A stretch of 64,000 nucleotides of DNA from an uncultured Anaerolinea sp. (GTDB lineage: Bacteria; Chloroflexota; Anaerolineae; Anaerolineales; UBA4823): positions 32,768 to 96,767 of the forward strand of contig CAZDAU010000002.1 in assembly GCA_964503625.1 (NCBI GenBank), in the 5' to 3' direction. Made by a program: the position numbers and the translations under genes. Position 1 is the first letter of the stretch. The number at the start of each line of letters is the position of its first letter. The notes below the pieces were generated by a model that did no database searches, was not told where the DNA came from, and saw nothing but the letters and a program-made list of their open reading frames with translations. Positions 31,014-39,247 of this stretch are shown piece after piece.

Positions 31014-32214
31014 GCCGGCAGCCTTCTCCACCAGGATTGAATTTGAGCCAGCTACACCGATCCCCGATTACCTGACGGGCGAGATCCAATCCAAGCTGGC
31101 CTACGTGGATGAGCGAATCCTCCAGGCCCAGGTGCACACAGACCGGATCATCCTGGAGGTGCGGTCCTGGGAGGCAAACCAGCCTGCGCCAGGGCTGGAA
31201 GAGAAGGTCCAGCGCGTCGTCCTTTCCATGGCAAAAGGGGCGATCAAGCCCAGGCTACAGGTGCTGGAAGATCATCTGGACCGCCCCGTTCCCTTTGGCG
31301 ACGACCCGATGGCTGAGTTGCTGGCCTCCGGCCAGGTCAGCCAGGAAGCCAATGGCATCTACGTCTTGGGCCCATTAGTCACTCGCTTGATTGATTTCTT
31401 TGAAGGCCAATTTCTTGCCCTGGCGGAGTCGTTTGGTGCGTCGCCATATCGATTCCCCACCTTGATCCCGGCGCGCTATCTGGAGCGGGTGAACTACTTT
31501 CGCGCTTTTCCGCACTCTTTAACGTTTGTCACTCATCTGCGCGAAGACCTGGATGTGATTGATGAATTTTCCCAGCACGCAGCCTGCGATCGTGAAGGGC
31601 TGACAACCCCGCTGGACTCGTTTGCCTCTATCCAGGCTTTGCTCTCACCCGCGGTGTGCTATCACCTGTATTTTGCCCTGGCCGACCAGCCGCTGCCCGG
31701 AGGCCAGGCGGTGGCCACGGCGGTGGGCAACTGCTTTCGCTACGAGGCGATCAATCTGACCTCCCTGGAGCGCATGTGGAACTTCACCATGCGGGAAGTT
31801 ATCTTTATGGGGCCAAAGGATTTTGTGCTGGAAAATCGAGAAATCGCCCGCCAGCGCATGGCGAAATTCTTTGAACAGATTGGTTTAGCGTACCGAGTTG
31901 AGAGCGCCAACGATCCCTTTTTCATCGGTGAATTCCGCAAGCAGGCGGCTTTTCAAAGCGCCTTTCAATTGAAATTTGAAATCCGCGCCCTTCTGCCCTT
32001 TAAGAGCGCCACCCTGGCGATTGGCTCATATAACTACCATCAGGATTTCTTTGGGCGCAGTCTGAATATCAGCCTGCCGGATGGTTCACCCGCCCACACG
32101 GGGTGTGTGGCCTTTGGACTGGAGCGGGTCGCTTTTGCCTTCCTGGCACAGTTTGGCCTGGACCCTGCAGGCTGGCCGGCGCATGTCCGTGAGCATCTTG
32201 CAAAACCAAAGTGA
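31003..32214 (+). CDS. Amino acid:[carrier protein] ligase, class-II (seryl-tRNA-synthetase-like) catalytic core
   Basis: The ATG at 31003 overlaps the carrier-protein gene. Class II motif 2-like GNCFRYEA and motif 3-like GCVAFGLERVAFAFLAQFG. Candidate Zn ligands lie in SPAVCYH and HTGCVAFG, as in methanogen-type SerRS and the rhizobial aa:CP ligases. No SerRS-like long coiled-coil tRNA arm is apparent in the first 130 aa. Confidence 0.7.
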   Translation: MSTEPAAFSTRIEFEPATPIPDYLTGEIQSKLAYVDERILQAQVHTDRIILEVRSWEANQPAPGLEEKVQRVVLSMAKGAIKPRLQVLEDHLDRPVPFGDDPMAELLASGQVSQEANGIYVLGPLVTRLIDFFEGQFLALAESFGASPYRFPTLIPARYLERVNYFRAFPHSLTFVTHLREDLDVIDEFSQHAACDREGLTTPLDSFASIQALLSPAVCYHLYFALADQPLPGGQAVATAVGNCFRYEAINLTSLERMWNFTMREVIFMGPKDFVLENREIARQRMAKFFEQIGLAYRVESANDPFFIGEFRKQAAFQSAFQLKFEIRALLPFKSATLAIGSYNYHQDFFGRSLNISLPDGSPAHTGCVAFGLERVAFAFLAQFGLDPAGWPAHVREHLAKPK

Positions 32215-32253
32215 CATCACAGTAATGCAATTCAGATTTCGGAGCGTCAAACC

Positions 32254-32748
32254 ATGAATGAAGATGACGTCATCTATCGCCAGGCCACCGAAGCGGATTT
32301 CCCCGTCGTGGCATCGATGTATGCCAAGCTGGATCAGCTGCTTCGTCAGCACACCTACACTTTTCCTGAGGTTGAAAACGTGGGTGAGCTTTGGCTGGAA
32401 ATGTTCCGCCGCACGCTAGGACGCTTTAGTGTGCTGTACGTGGCAGAGCACCAGGGTGAAGTGGTGGGATTCATCGTTGCCCGGGTGAAGCGAGTGCCGG
32501 AATACCTGGGTGGAGTGATGGTTGGTGAGTTGAAAGACATGTGGGTTGAGCACAAAGTGCGCCGCCTGGGAATTGGAGAAAAGCTGCTCCGTATGGCCAT
32601 CGAGTGGTGCCGCGAGCAAAAGGTCTATTCTGTTGAAGCCCAAATCCTGCTTGGCAACGAGCCAATCATCAAGCTGGTTGAGCATCTGGGGATGAAGAAA
32701 GAGCTTTACCAGCTGCGCATGATGTGGGAAGACTATAACGAGGGATAG
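32254..32748 (+). CDS. GNAT-family N-acetyltransferase
   Basis: 164 aa. GEVVGFIVARV...WVEHKVRRLGIGEKLLRMAIEWCRE matches the Q/RxxGxG/A acetyl-CoA motif. Confidence 0.8.
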   Translation: MNEDDVIYRQATEADFPVVASMYAKLDQLLRQHTYTFPEVENVGELWLEMFRRTLGRFSVLYVAEHQGEVVGFIVARVKRVPEYLGGVMVGELKDMWVEHKVRRLGIGEKLLRMAIEWCREQKVYSVEAQILLGNEPIIKLVEHLGMKKELYQLRMMWEDYNEG

Positions 32749-32815
32749 GAAATCAGGATTTATCCTCTCATGGGTAATGGTTAAGCATCCCTGATTCCCA
32801 GAATCCTGAATTTGC

Positions 32816-33580
32816 ATGCAAGAAGTCACCAAAGATCAAGTGGTTGCCTGCCTGACCAGCCTGGGTGTCTGCCCTGGCGATGGCCTGCTGGTGCATTCGG
32901 CGGTGCAATATCTGGGCCTGCCACGGGGAGGCGTGGGAATGTACCTGGAAGCCATCCAGGATGTGATTGGCCCCGAGGGCACGTTGGTGGTGCCGGCTTT
33001 CAATTTTGGCTTTGCCAGGGGCGAGCGTTACGACCCCGGTGAAACGCCCTCCCAGGGCATGGGTGCCTTCTCGGAGTATGTCCGCCGGCTGCCTGGGGCG
33101 CGGCGCACGCTGCATCCGATGCAGTCGGTGGTGATTCTAGGGCGCTATGTTGACGATTTGTCAGGCCGCGACACCTTTTCGGCCTTCGACCCGGGCTCGG
33201 CATTTGAGCGCATGTTGGAATTGGACTTCAAGCTGCTGCTATTGGGCGCCGACTCACGGGCAATCGCTATGTTCCACTACTGTGAACAGCGGGCCAAAGT
33301 GCCTTACCGCTACTGGAAGGATTTCACCGGCGAAGTGCGCACCCCCGATGGTTGGCAGACTCGCACATACCGCATGTTCGTCCGCGATCTGGAACTGGAT
33401 CCTCAGCTCACATTGGAACCGGTGGTCGCTTACCTGGAAGCGCGTGGTCAGTGGCTATCCACCTGGCTGAACTACGGACAGATCACAGTTTGCCGCCTGG
33501 CCGATTTTGTTGCCGCCGCCGACCGTTTCCTGGCGGATGATCCCTGGTCGTTGGTCAAGAATCGTCCCCCCATGAAATAG
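32816..33580 (+). CDS. AAC(3)-family N-acyltransferase (aminoglycoside N3-acetyltransferase fold)
   Basis: LTSLGVCPGDGLLVHSAVQYLGLPRGGVGMYLEAIQDVIGPEGTLVVPAFNF...TLHPMQSVVILG is the typical AAC(3)/Antibiotic_NAT N-terminal pattern. Confidence 0.75.
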   Translation: MQEVTKDQVVACLTSLGVCPGDGLLVHSAVQYLGLPRGGVGMYLEAIQDVIGPEGTLVVPAFNFGFARGERYDPGETPSQGMGAFSEYVRRLPGARRTLHPMQSVVILGRYVDDLSGRDTFSAFDPGSAFERMLELDFKLLLLGADSRAIAMFHYCEQRAKVPYRYWKDFTGEVRTPDGWQTRTYRMFVRDLELDPQLTLEPVVAYLEARGQWLSTWLNYGQITVCRLADFVAAADRFLADDPWSLVKNRPPMK

Positions 33581-33824
33581 GCGTTCTTTGGAATGAGATT
33601 TTGAAGACCGCAACCCAAAGTTCAGGTCTTTTACTATTGGCAACCATATTGGCGGTTTTGCTTTCATTCTGGCGGCAACTATCCAATTTTTCCCTTTTGC
33701 GGTTCTACCTGGCAGCTACCTGCCCCGGCCTTTTTGGGCTGCTTTCGCCAGCGAAGGTCTTGGAATAAACCAGCGTTGGCGAACAGTCCGTAGGCCATAG
33801 CACCATGCTACTGATGAATGTCCG

Positions 33825-35132
33825 ATGAGTGATCCGATTGAATTGATCCATGCGCTCTGGTTCCTCCAGCGGAACCTCGTTTCTGATGAATATGACCAGG
33901 CGTTGTACCGCCTGCGCGATGAAATGGGGGGGCGTATGGTGATCCACGAATACGCCACTGGAGAAACCTGCTGGACCTGGCGCATTCCGGAAAAGTGGAC
34001 CTGTGACCAGGCCTATCTGGAGGCGTTGGATGGTCGCCGTCTGGTGGATGCTGCAAACCACCCTCTCCACGTGGTGTCTTATTCGCTGCCGTTTGAAGGT
34101 ATTGTGTCGCGTTCCGAGTTGCTTCAGCACCTGCACGTTCACCCACGCCTCCCTGAAGCCATTCCATTCGTGTTTAAGTATTACCAGCGCGATTGGGGGT
34201 TGTGCCTGACGCAGGTTCAGCGGGATGCACTGACCGATGAATCCTATCGGGTCGTCATCCGCTCACGTTTTGAGCCGGGCGCGCTGAAGGTGGGCGAAGT
34301 GGTCATCCCCGGCGAGAGTGATGAAACCTTTGTCCTGGTTGCCCATCTGTGCCATCCAGCGATGGTGAACGACGACCTGACCGGGGTGGTGGTGGGCCTG
34401 GAGGTGGCCCGGGAGCTGCTGGCAGGCCCTCGGCCCTATTACACCTACCGCTTGCTGATCTTGCCGGAGACAATTGGCTCTGTTGCTTACTTGAGCCATC
34501 ATGAAAATCTGATCTCCAGGATGATTGGTGGGCTGTTTCTGGAAATGCTGGGCAACGACTCGCCCCACGCCCTGCAAGGATCTTTCACGCCGCACAGCCA
34601 GCCCGACCGTTGCTTTGTCTCTGCTTTGCCTGGCCTCGACCCGCAGAGCTACCATGCCCCTTATCGGATGGTGATTAACAACGATGAGCGCCAGTTCAAT
34701 GCCCCAGGCGTGCGTGTGCCCATGCTTTCGCTCTCCAGGGTGCTGCGGCGCGATTCGCCCGAGTGGCCTTACCCGGAGTATCATTCCAGCCTGGATACCC
34801 CTGCAATCATCACTTCAGAGCGCCTGGAGGCTTCAAAACAGGTGGTTTTGGGCTTGATCCATGCCTTTGAGCGCAACCAGTATGTGGTTAATTTATTTAA
34901 GGGTGAGGTCTTCTGCTCTGGTTACGGCATCTGGATTGATTACCGGGTAAACCCGGAGGGCCATCGCCGCCTGTTTGATATCATGGAACGTTGTGATGGC
35001 GAGCGCACCATCGCCGATATTGCTGCTGACTTGGGCGTCACCTTCCAGGCGGTCTGGCAAGTGGTCGACCTGCTCCAGCAGAAAGGTTTGGTGAGGTTTA
35101 GCCGTACGCCTGCCCCCACCTCCCCGCGCTAA
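33825..35132 (+). CDS. Aminopeptidase-like domain protein (DUF2172/DUF4910 type) with C-terminal winged helix
   Basis: VIHEYATGETCWTWRIPEKW...FVLVAHLCHPAMVNDDLTGVVVGLEVAREL...YTYRLLILPETIGSVAYLSHHE. C-terminal CDGERTIADIAADLGVTFQAVWQVVDLLQQKGLV. Matches my recollection of the COG4310 family common in glycan loci. Confidence 0.65.
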   Translation: MSDPIELIHALWFLQRNLVSDEYDQALYRLRDEMGGRMVIHEYATGETCWTWRIPEKWTCDQAYLEALDGRRLVDAANHPLHVVSYSLPFEGIVSRSELLQHLHVHPRLPEAIPFVFKYYQRDWGLCLTQVQRDALTDESYRVVIRSRFEPGALKVGEVVIPGESDETFVLVAHLCHPAMVNDDLTGVVVGLEVARELLAGPRPYYTYRLLILPETIGSVAYLSHHENLISRMIGGLFLEMLGNDSPHALQGSFTPHSQPDRCFVSALPGLDPQSYHAPYRMVINNDERQFNAPGVRVPMLSLSRVLRRDSPEWPYPEYHSSLDTPAIITSERLEASKQVVLGLIHAFERNQYVVNLFKGEVFCSGYGIWIDYRVNPEGHRRLFDIMERCDGERTIADIAADLGVTFQAVWQVVDLLQQKGLVRFSRTPAPTSPR

Positions 35133-35153
35133 GCCAGCCTCAATAACACATCC

Positions 35154-36017
35154 TTGGACCTTTATTTCACCACCAAACACTTGCTCAAATCGGTTCGCTG
35201 GCAAGGCCGGCGGGCTATCGTTGCTCTGCGCTGGGGCCCGGCGGCCCTGCACAGAGCTCCAGCGGTGCTGGGCAACGCCATGCCCAAGTCTGGATCGCAC
35301 CTGATTAACCAGGTGGTGCAGGGGCTGACCCGCCTGGGCCCATTCGTCAACTCGGGCTTTCCCCCGGTCAATCGCGACGAAGTCAACGACAAGCTGCCCG
35401 AAGCTCAGGTGTTGGCCAACTTGAACCGCATGCGCCCCGGCGATATTGGCTATGGCTATATCAAGGCCCAGCAGCCCTTTGTTTCGTTGCTCACCCGGCC
35501 GGGATGGGCAACCATTTTTGTTTATCGTGACCCGCGGGACATGCTGATCTCGCATGTCTTTTACGCCACGCAGATGCACAAAGGCCACGGCATGCACCGC
35601 TATTACACCGAGACATTGCAGACGATGGAGGAGCGCATCAATGCCGCCATCCAGGGGGTGGAAGAGCCCGGCTCTCAGCTTTCGCCCGTGCGAGTCAAGT
35701 ACGAGGGTTATCTGGGCTGGCTGGAACAACCGGCTGTGCTCAGTTTGCGCTTTGAGGACCTGATCCTGGACCGCCCTGCAGCCCTGGGGCGCATTCTGGA
35801 TTATCTGGTCCAGCGTGGTTTTGTTCCCCACCTGCCCCGCGATCAGGAGATTGCCATATTGGAGCAGGCCATCGCCCCCAAAAAGTCCGGCACATTTCGC
35901 AAAGGACAGCCGGGCAACTGGAAAGATTATTTCACCCCTGCGAATAAGATTCTCTTCAAAGAGATGGCCGGCGATTTGTTGATCCAGTTGGGGTACGAAA
36001 GCGACCAGGATTGGTGA
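35154..36017 (+). CDS. Sulfotransferase (ST3)
   Basis: LGNAMPKSGSHLINQV, VYRDPRDMLISHVFY and GTFRKGQPGNWKDYF. Paralog of 36625..37524. Confidence 0.85.
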   Translation: MDLYFTTKHLLKSVRWQGRRAIVALRWGPAALHRAPAVLGNAMPKSGSHLINQVVQGLTRLGPFVNSGFPPVNRDEVNDKLPEAQVLANLNRMRPGDIGYGYIKAQQPFVSLLTRPGWATIFVYRDPRDMLISHVFYATQMHKGHGMHRYYTETLQTMEERINAAIQGVEEPGSQLSPVRVKYEGYLGWLEQPAVLSLRFEDLILDRPAALGRILDYLVQRGFVPHLPRDQEIAILEQAIAPKKSGTFRKGQPGNWKDYFTPANKILFKEMAGDLLIQLGYESDQDW

Positions 36018-36021
36018 AACA

Positions 36022-36609
36022 GTGAGCGCAAACCCCAAAAGGTCTCCTCTCAAAGGTTTGTTGAGCGGGTTTTTAACCCGCCAACGTTTTCAGGCGGTGT
36101 CGGCTTATATCCGCGGCGATGTTCTGGATATTGGTTGTGGCTATGGCAAGGTTTTGTCTCTTTTACCGCCCGGAATTTCCTATACAGGCGTGGATAGTGG
36201 CCCCGAGATAATTCAATACCTGCGAAAAACCTACCCCGGTCATGAGTTTTTTCTCCTGGATTTGGACAAGGGCGAGTTGCAGTTGGATCAACGGTTTGAT
36301 ACGATTTTGATGCTGGCTGTGGTTGAGCATCTCTCCCAGCCGCAGAAAGCCCTTTGTCAGGCTCTGGAACACCTCAAGGCGGATGGTTGCCTGCTTATCA
36401 CCACACCGTCTCCCTTTGGAGATCGGATCCATCGCCTGGGAGCGCGTTTGGGCCTGTTCTCGCAATTTGCCGCGGATGACCATGAAACCATTTTTACCCA
36501 GGCTTCGCTGCGTAGGCTGCTCGAAAACTGCGGCATTCAGATCGATCGCTATCGCCGCTTTCTTCTGGGAGGAAACCAGTTGTTTGTCTGCTCTCAAAGA
36601 AGGCGCTGA
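36022..36609 (+). CDS. Class I SAM-dependent methyltransferase
   Basis: VLDIGCGYGKVL (motif I), FFLLDLD and DTILMLAVVEHLSQPQKAL...DGCLLITTP. Confidence 0.85.
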   Translation: MSANPKRSPLKGLLSGFLTRQRFQAVSAYIRGDVLDIGCGYGKVLSLLPPGISYTGVDSGPEIIQYLRKTYPGHEFFLLDLDKGELQLDQRFDTILMLAVVEHLSQPQKALCQALEHLKADGCLLITTPSPFGDRIHRLGARLGLFSQFAADDHETIFTQASLRRLLENCGIQIDRYRRFLLGGNQLFVCSQRRR

Positions 36610-36624
36610 CCGAAACTCAAAGAA

Positions 36625-37524
36625 ATGCAGCCCACAGACAAAGCCAGGCTGAAAACTCGAGGCCTGCTCTCGGTTCGTTTGTTCCGTCGAGCCGCCCGCC
36701 GCGCCTGGAAAACTGTGCGCAATGGCTCTCTCTCTGCCTCGCCAGTTTTCTTCGCCAACTCTTTTCCCAAGAGCGGCACGCATCTGCTCACCCAGGTGAT
36801 GCAGGGCTTCACCCGCCTGGGTCCAGCGGTGGATAGCGGGCTGCCTGCGGTGGTCACCTTCGATGGTTTCACGGGTCGCCAGCGCAGGGTCGAAGAGATC
36901 ATGGCTGATCTTTGGCGTTTCTTGCCCGGCGATATCGGCTATGGACATGTGCACGCTTTTCCCCCGGCGGTTGAATGGTTTTGCCGGACGGGAGTGGCAG
37001 CTTATTTCATTCTTCGCGATCCCCGGGATGTGGTGGTCTCGCATGTGCATTACGTGGCAGAGATGGCGCCTTCTCATATCCATCACCGCTATTATCACGA
37101 TGTGCTCCAGACCTTCGACGAAAGGCTACGCGCCAGCATCACCGGGGTTTCGGTTGAGGAGCTGGCTGGGGCCAGCGATGGAAAGCTGGTTTACGAGCCT
37201 TTGCCGGATATCCGAGCGCGCTTCTCGCCTTACCTTGGCTGGCTGGAACATCCTCAGGTGCTTGTCTTGCGGTATGAGGACTTCATCCGCGAGCGGAGCA
37301 TGACGCTGGGCCGTGTCCTTGATCACGCAGTGAACCGTGGCTTTCAGTTGGCGGTTGGCCGTCAGGAGGCCCTGCGAATATTAGAAGAAAGCATCAATCC
37401 GGCTCGCTCGCCGACCTTCCGCAGCGGCACGATTGGGGGTTGGCGGAAGAGCTTCACGGCTGAGCACAACGCGCTGTTTGCAGATGTAGCCGGAGATCTG
37501 TTATCTGGCCTGGGCTATGAGTAA
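36625..37524 (+). CDS. Sulfotransferase (ST4)
   Basis: FANSFPKSGTHLLTQV, ILRDPRDVVVSHVHY and PTFRSGTIGGWRKSF. Confidence 0.85.
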   Translation: MQPTDKARLKTRGLLSVRLFRRAARRAWKTVRNGSLSASPVFFANSFPKSGTHLLTQVMQGFTRLGPAVDSGLPAVVTFDGFTGRQRRVEEIMADLWRFLPGDIGYGHVHAFPPAVEWFCRTGVAAYFILRDPRDVVVSHVHYVAEMAPSHIHHRYYHDVLQTFDERLRASITGVSVEELAGASDGKLVYEPLPDIRARFSPYLGWLEHPQVLVLRYEDFIRERSMTLGRVLDHAVNRGFQLAVGRQEALRILEESINPARSPTFRSGTIGGWRKSFTAEHNALFADVAGDLLSGLGYE

Positions 37525-38485
37525 GGAACCCAATCAGCCGGTTTCGATAATCGTTCGGGCCTACAATGAGGCTCGCTATATTGGCCGCCTGTTGGATGGC
37601 ATACTGCAGCAGCGTATCAGGGACATCGAGATTATCCTGGTCGATTCTGGCTCAACGGACGGCACGCTCGAAACCGCCGCGCGCTACCCAGTGCGCGTGG
37701 TGCGCATCTCCCCTGCTGAATTCACCTTTGGCCGCTCGCTTAACCGCGGCCTGGCTGTGGCAACTGGTGACTACGCGGTGATTGCCAGCGCCCATGTTTA
37801 TCCCGTTTACCCGGACTGGCTGGAGCGCCTGTTGGCGCCGTTTGCTGATCCGCAGGTCGGCCTGACCTATGGCAAGCAGCGCGGCGCCCCAAACAGTCGT
37901 TTCTCTGAGCAGCAAATCTTTGCTCATTGGTTCTCGGATATCTCTCAGCCTCGCCAGCCGCACCCGTTTTGCAACAATGCCAATGCAGCCATACGCCGCG
38001 CCCTGTGGAAAAGCCGGCCTTATGACGAAACCCTGACCGGACTGGAAGACCTGGCCTGGGCAAAGGATATCCAGGAAGCCGGCTATGCTGTCGCTTATGT
38101 CGCAGAAGCGGAAGTGATCCACGTCCACGATGAGACGCCGCGGGGGGTGTACAACCGTTACCGTCGAGAGGCAATGGCGCTGAAGCAGATTTTTCCCAAG
38201 CAGCGCTTTACTCTCCTGGACTTCCTGCGCCTGTACCCGGGCAACGTGGTCAGCGATATCTGGCATGCTGCTCACCAGGGCGTTTTGTTTCCCAACTTGA
38301 AGAGCATTTTCTGGTTTCGCCTGGCACAGTTTTGGGGTGCGTACCAGGGCTTTCGTCACCCTGGCCCGGTAACTGAACAGCTTCGCCAGACATTTTATTA
38401 TCCGCCCAACTTGCACAAACCTGTGATTAAGTTGGACCGAGATGTCAGTCCCATTAACTATGATCAAGCCAACCCGGATCATTAG
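37517..38485 (+). CDS. Glycosyltransferase family 2
   Basis: VSIIVRAYNEARYIGRLLDGILQQRIRDIEIILVDSGSTDGT. Overlaps the ST4 stop by 8 nt. Confidence 0.85.
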   Translation: MSKEPNQPVSIIVRAYNEARYIGRLLDGILQQRIRDIEIILVDSGSTDGTLETAARYPVRVVRISPAEFTFGRSLNRGLAVATGDYAVIASAHVYPVYPDWLERLLAPFADPQVGLTYGKQRGAPNSRFSEQQIFAHWFSDISQPRQPHPFCNNANAAIRRALWKSRPYDETLTGLEDLAWAKDIQEAGYAVAYVAEAEVIHVHDETPRGVYNRYRREAMALKQIFPKQRFTLLDFLRLYPGNVVSDIWHAAHQGVLFPNLKSIFWFRLAQFWGAYQGFRHPGPVTEQLRQTFYYPPNLHKPVIKLDRDVSPINYDQANPDH

Positions 38486-38578
38486 GAAGACTTGCATGCC
38501 TGGTGGCTCTTGATCAGAACGCATGGAGATCGAACTTGAGATGGTTCACAAAATTTTGAAGAAAGTGGTTCAAACTGG

Positions 38579-39244
38579 ATGACCCGCCTCGTCGCCCTCG
38601 TCCCGATGCGGCATCACTCGCAGCGTGTGCCGGGCAAAAATTACCGCCTGCTGGCAGGTAAGCCGCTCTATCAGCACATCATCGTTACCCTGCTCGCCTG
38701 CCCGGAGATTGCCCAGGTGGTTGTGGACACGGATAGCCCGCCAATCATCCAGGGGCTGCAGCGTGATTTTCCTCAGGTGCTCGTCCTGGAACGGCCGGAG
38801 CGCCTGCGCGCGGATCATATCCCAATGAATGAGATCCTGATCTATGACACAAGCCAGGTGCAGGCCGATCTTTACCTGCAAACTCACACCACCAACCCTT
38901 TGCTGCGCCCGCAAACGATCTCATCTGCGATCCAGTCCCTCCTGGCGAGCTACCCGGCTCACGACTCGCTCTTCTCTGTTACCCGGTTGCAGACCCGCCT
39001 GTGGGATCAACTTGGCCGAGCAATCAACCACAACCCGGCGATCTTGCTCCAGACACAGGACCTGCCGCCGGTCTTTGAAGAGAACTCCTGCCTGTATATC
39101 TTCACCCGTCAGGTGCTCTTGGAACGGCGCAATCGTCTGGGTGAGCGCCCGATGATGTTTGAGATTGATGCTGCCGAAGCCTGGGACATCGATGAAGAAC
39201 TGGATTTTGAGATCACTAATTTCCTGATGAGCCGAGCAAAATAA
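38579..39244 (+). CDS. Cytidylyltransferase, CMP-NeuAc-synthetase-like family (third copy in the locus)
   Basis: LVALVPMRHHSQRVPGKNYRLLAGKPLYQHIIVTLLACPEIAQVVVDTDS...THTTNPLLRP. Confidence 0.75.
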   Translation: MTRLVALVPMRHHSQRVPGKNYRLLAGKPLYQHIIVTLLACPEIAQVVVDTDSPPIIQGLQRDFPQVLVLERPERLRADHIPMNEILIYDTSQVQADLYLQTHTTNPLLRPQTISSAIQSLLASYPAHDSLFSVTRLQTRLWDQLGRAINHNPAILLQTQDLPPVFEENSCLYIFTRQVLLERRNRLGERPMMFEIDAAEAWDIDEELDFEITNFLMSRAK

Positions 39245-39247
39245 ACT

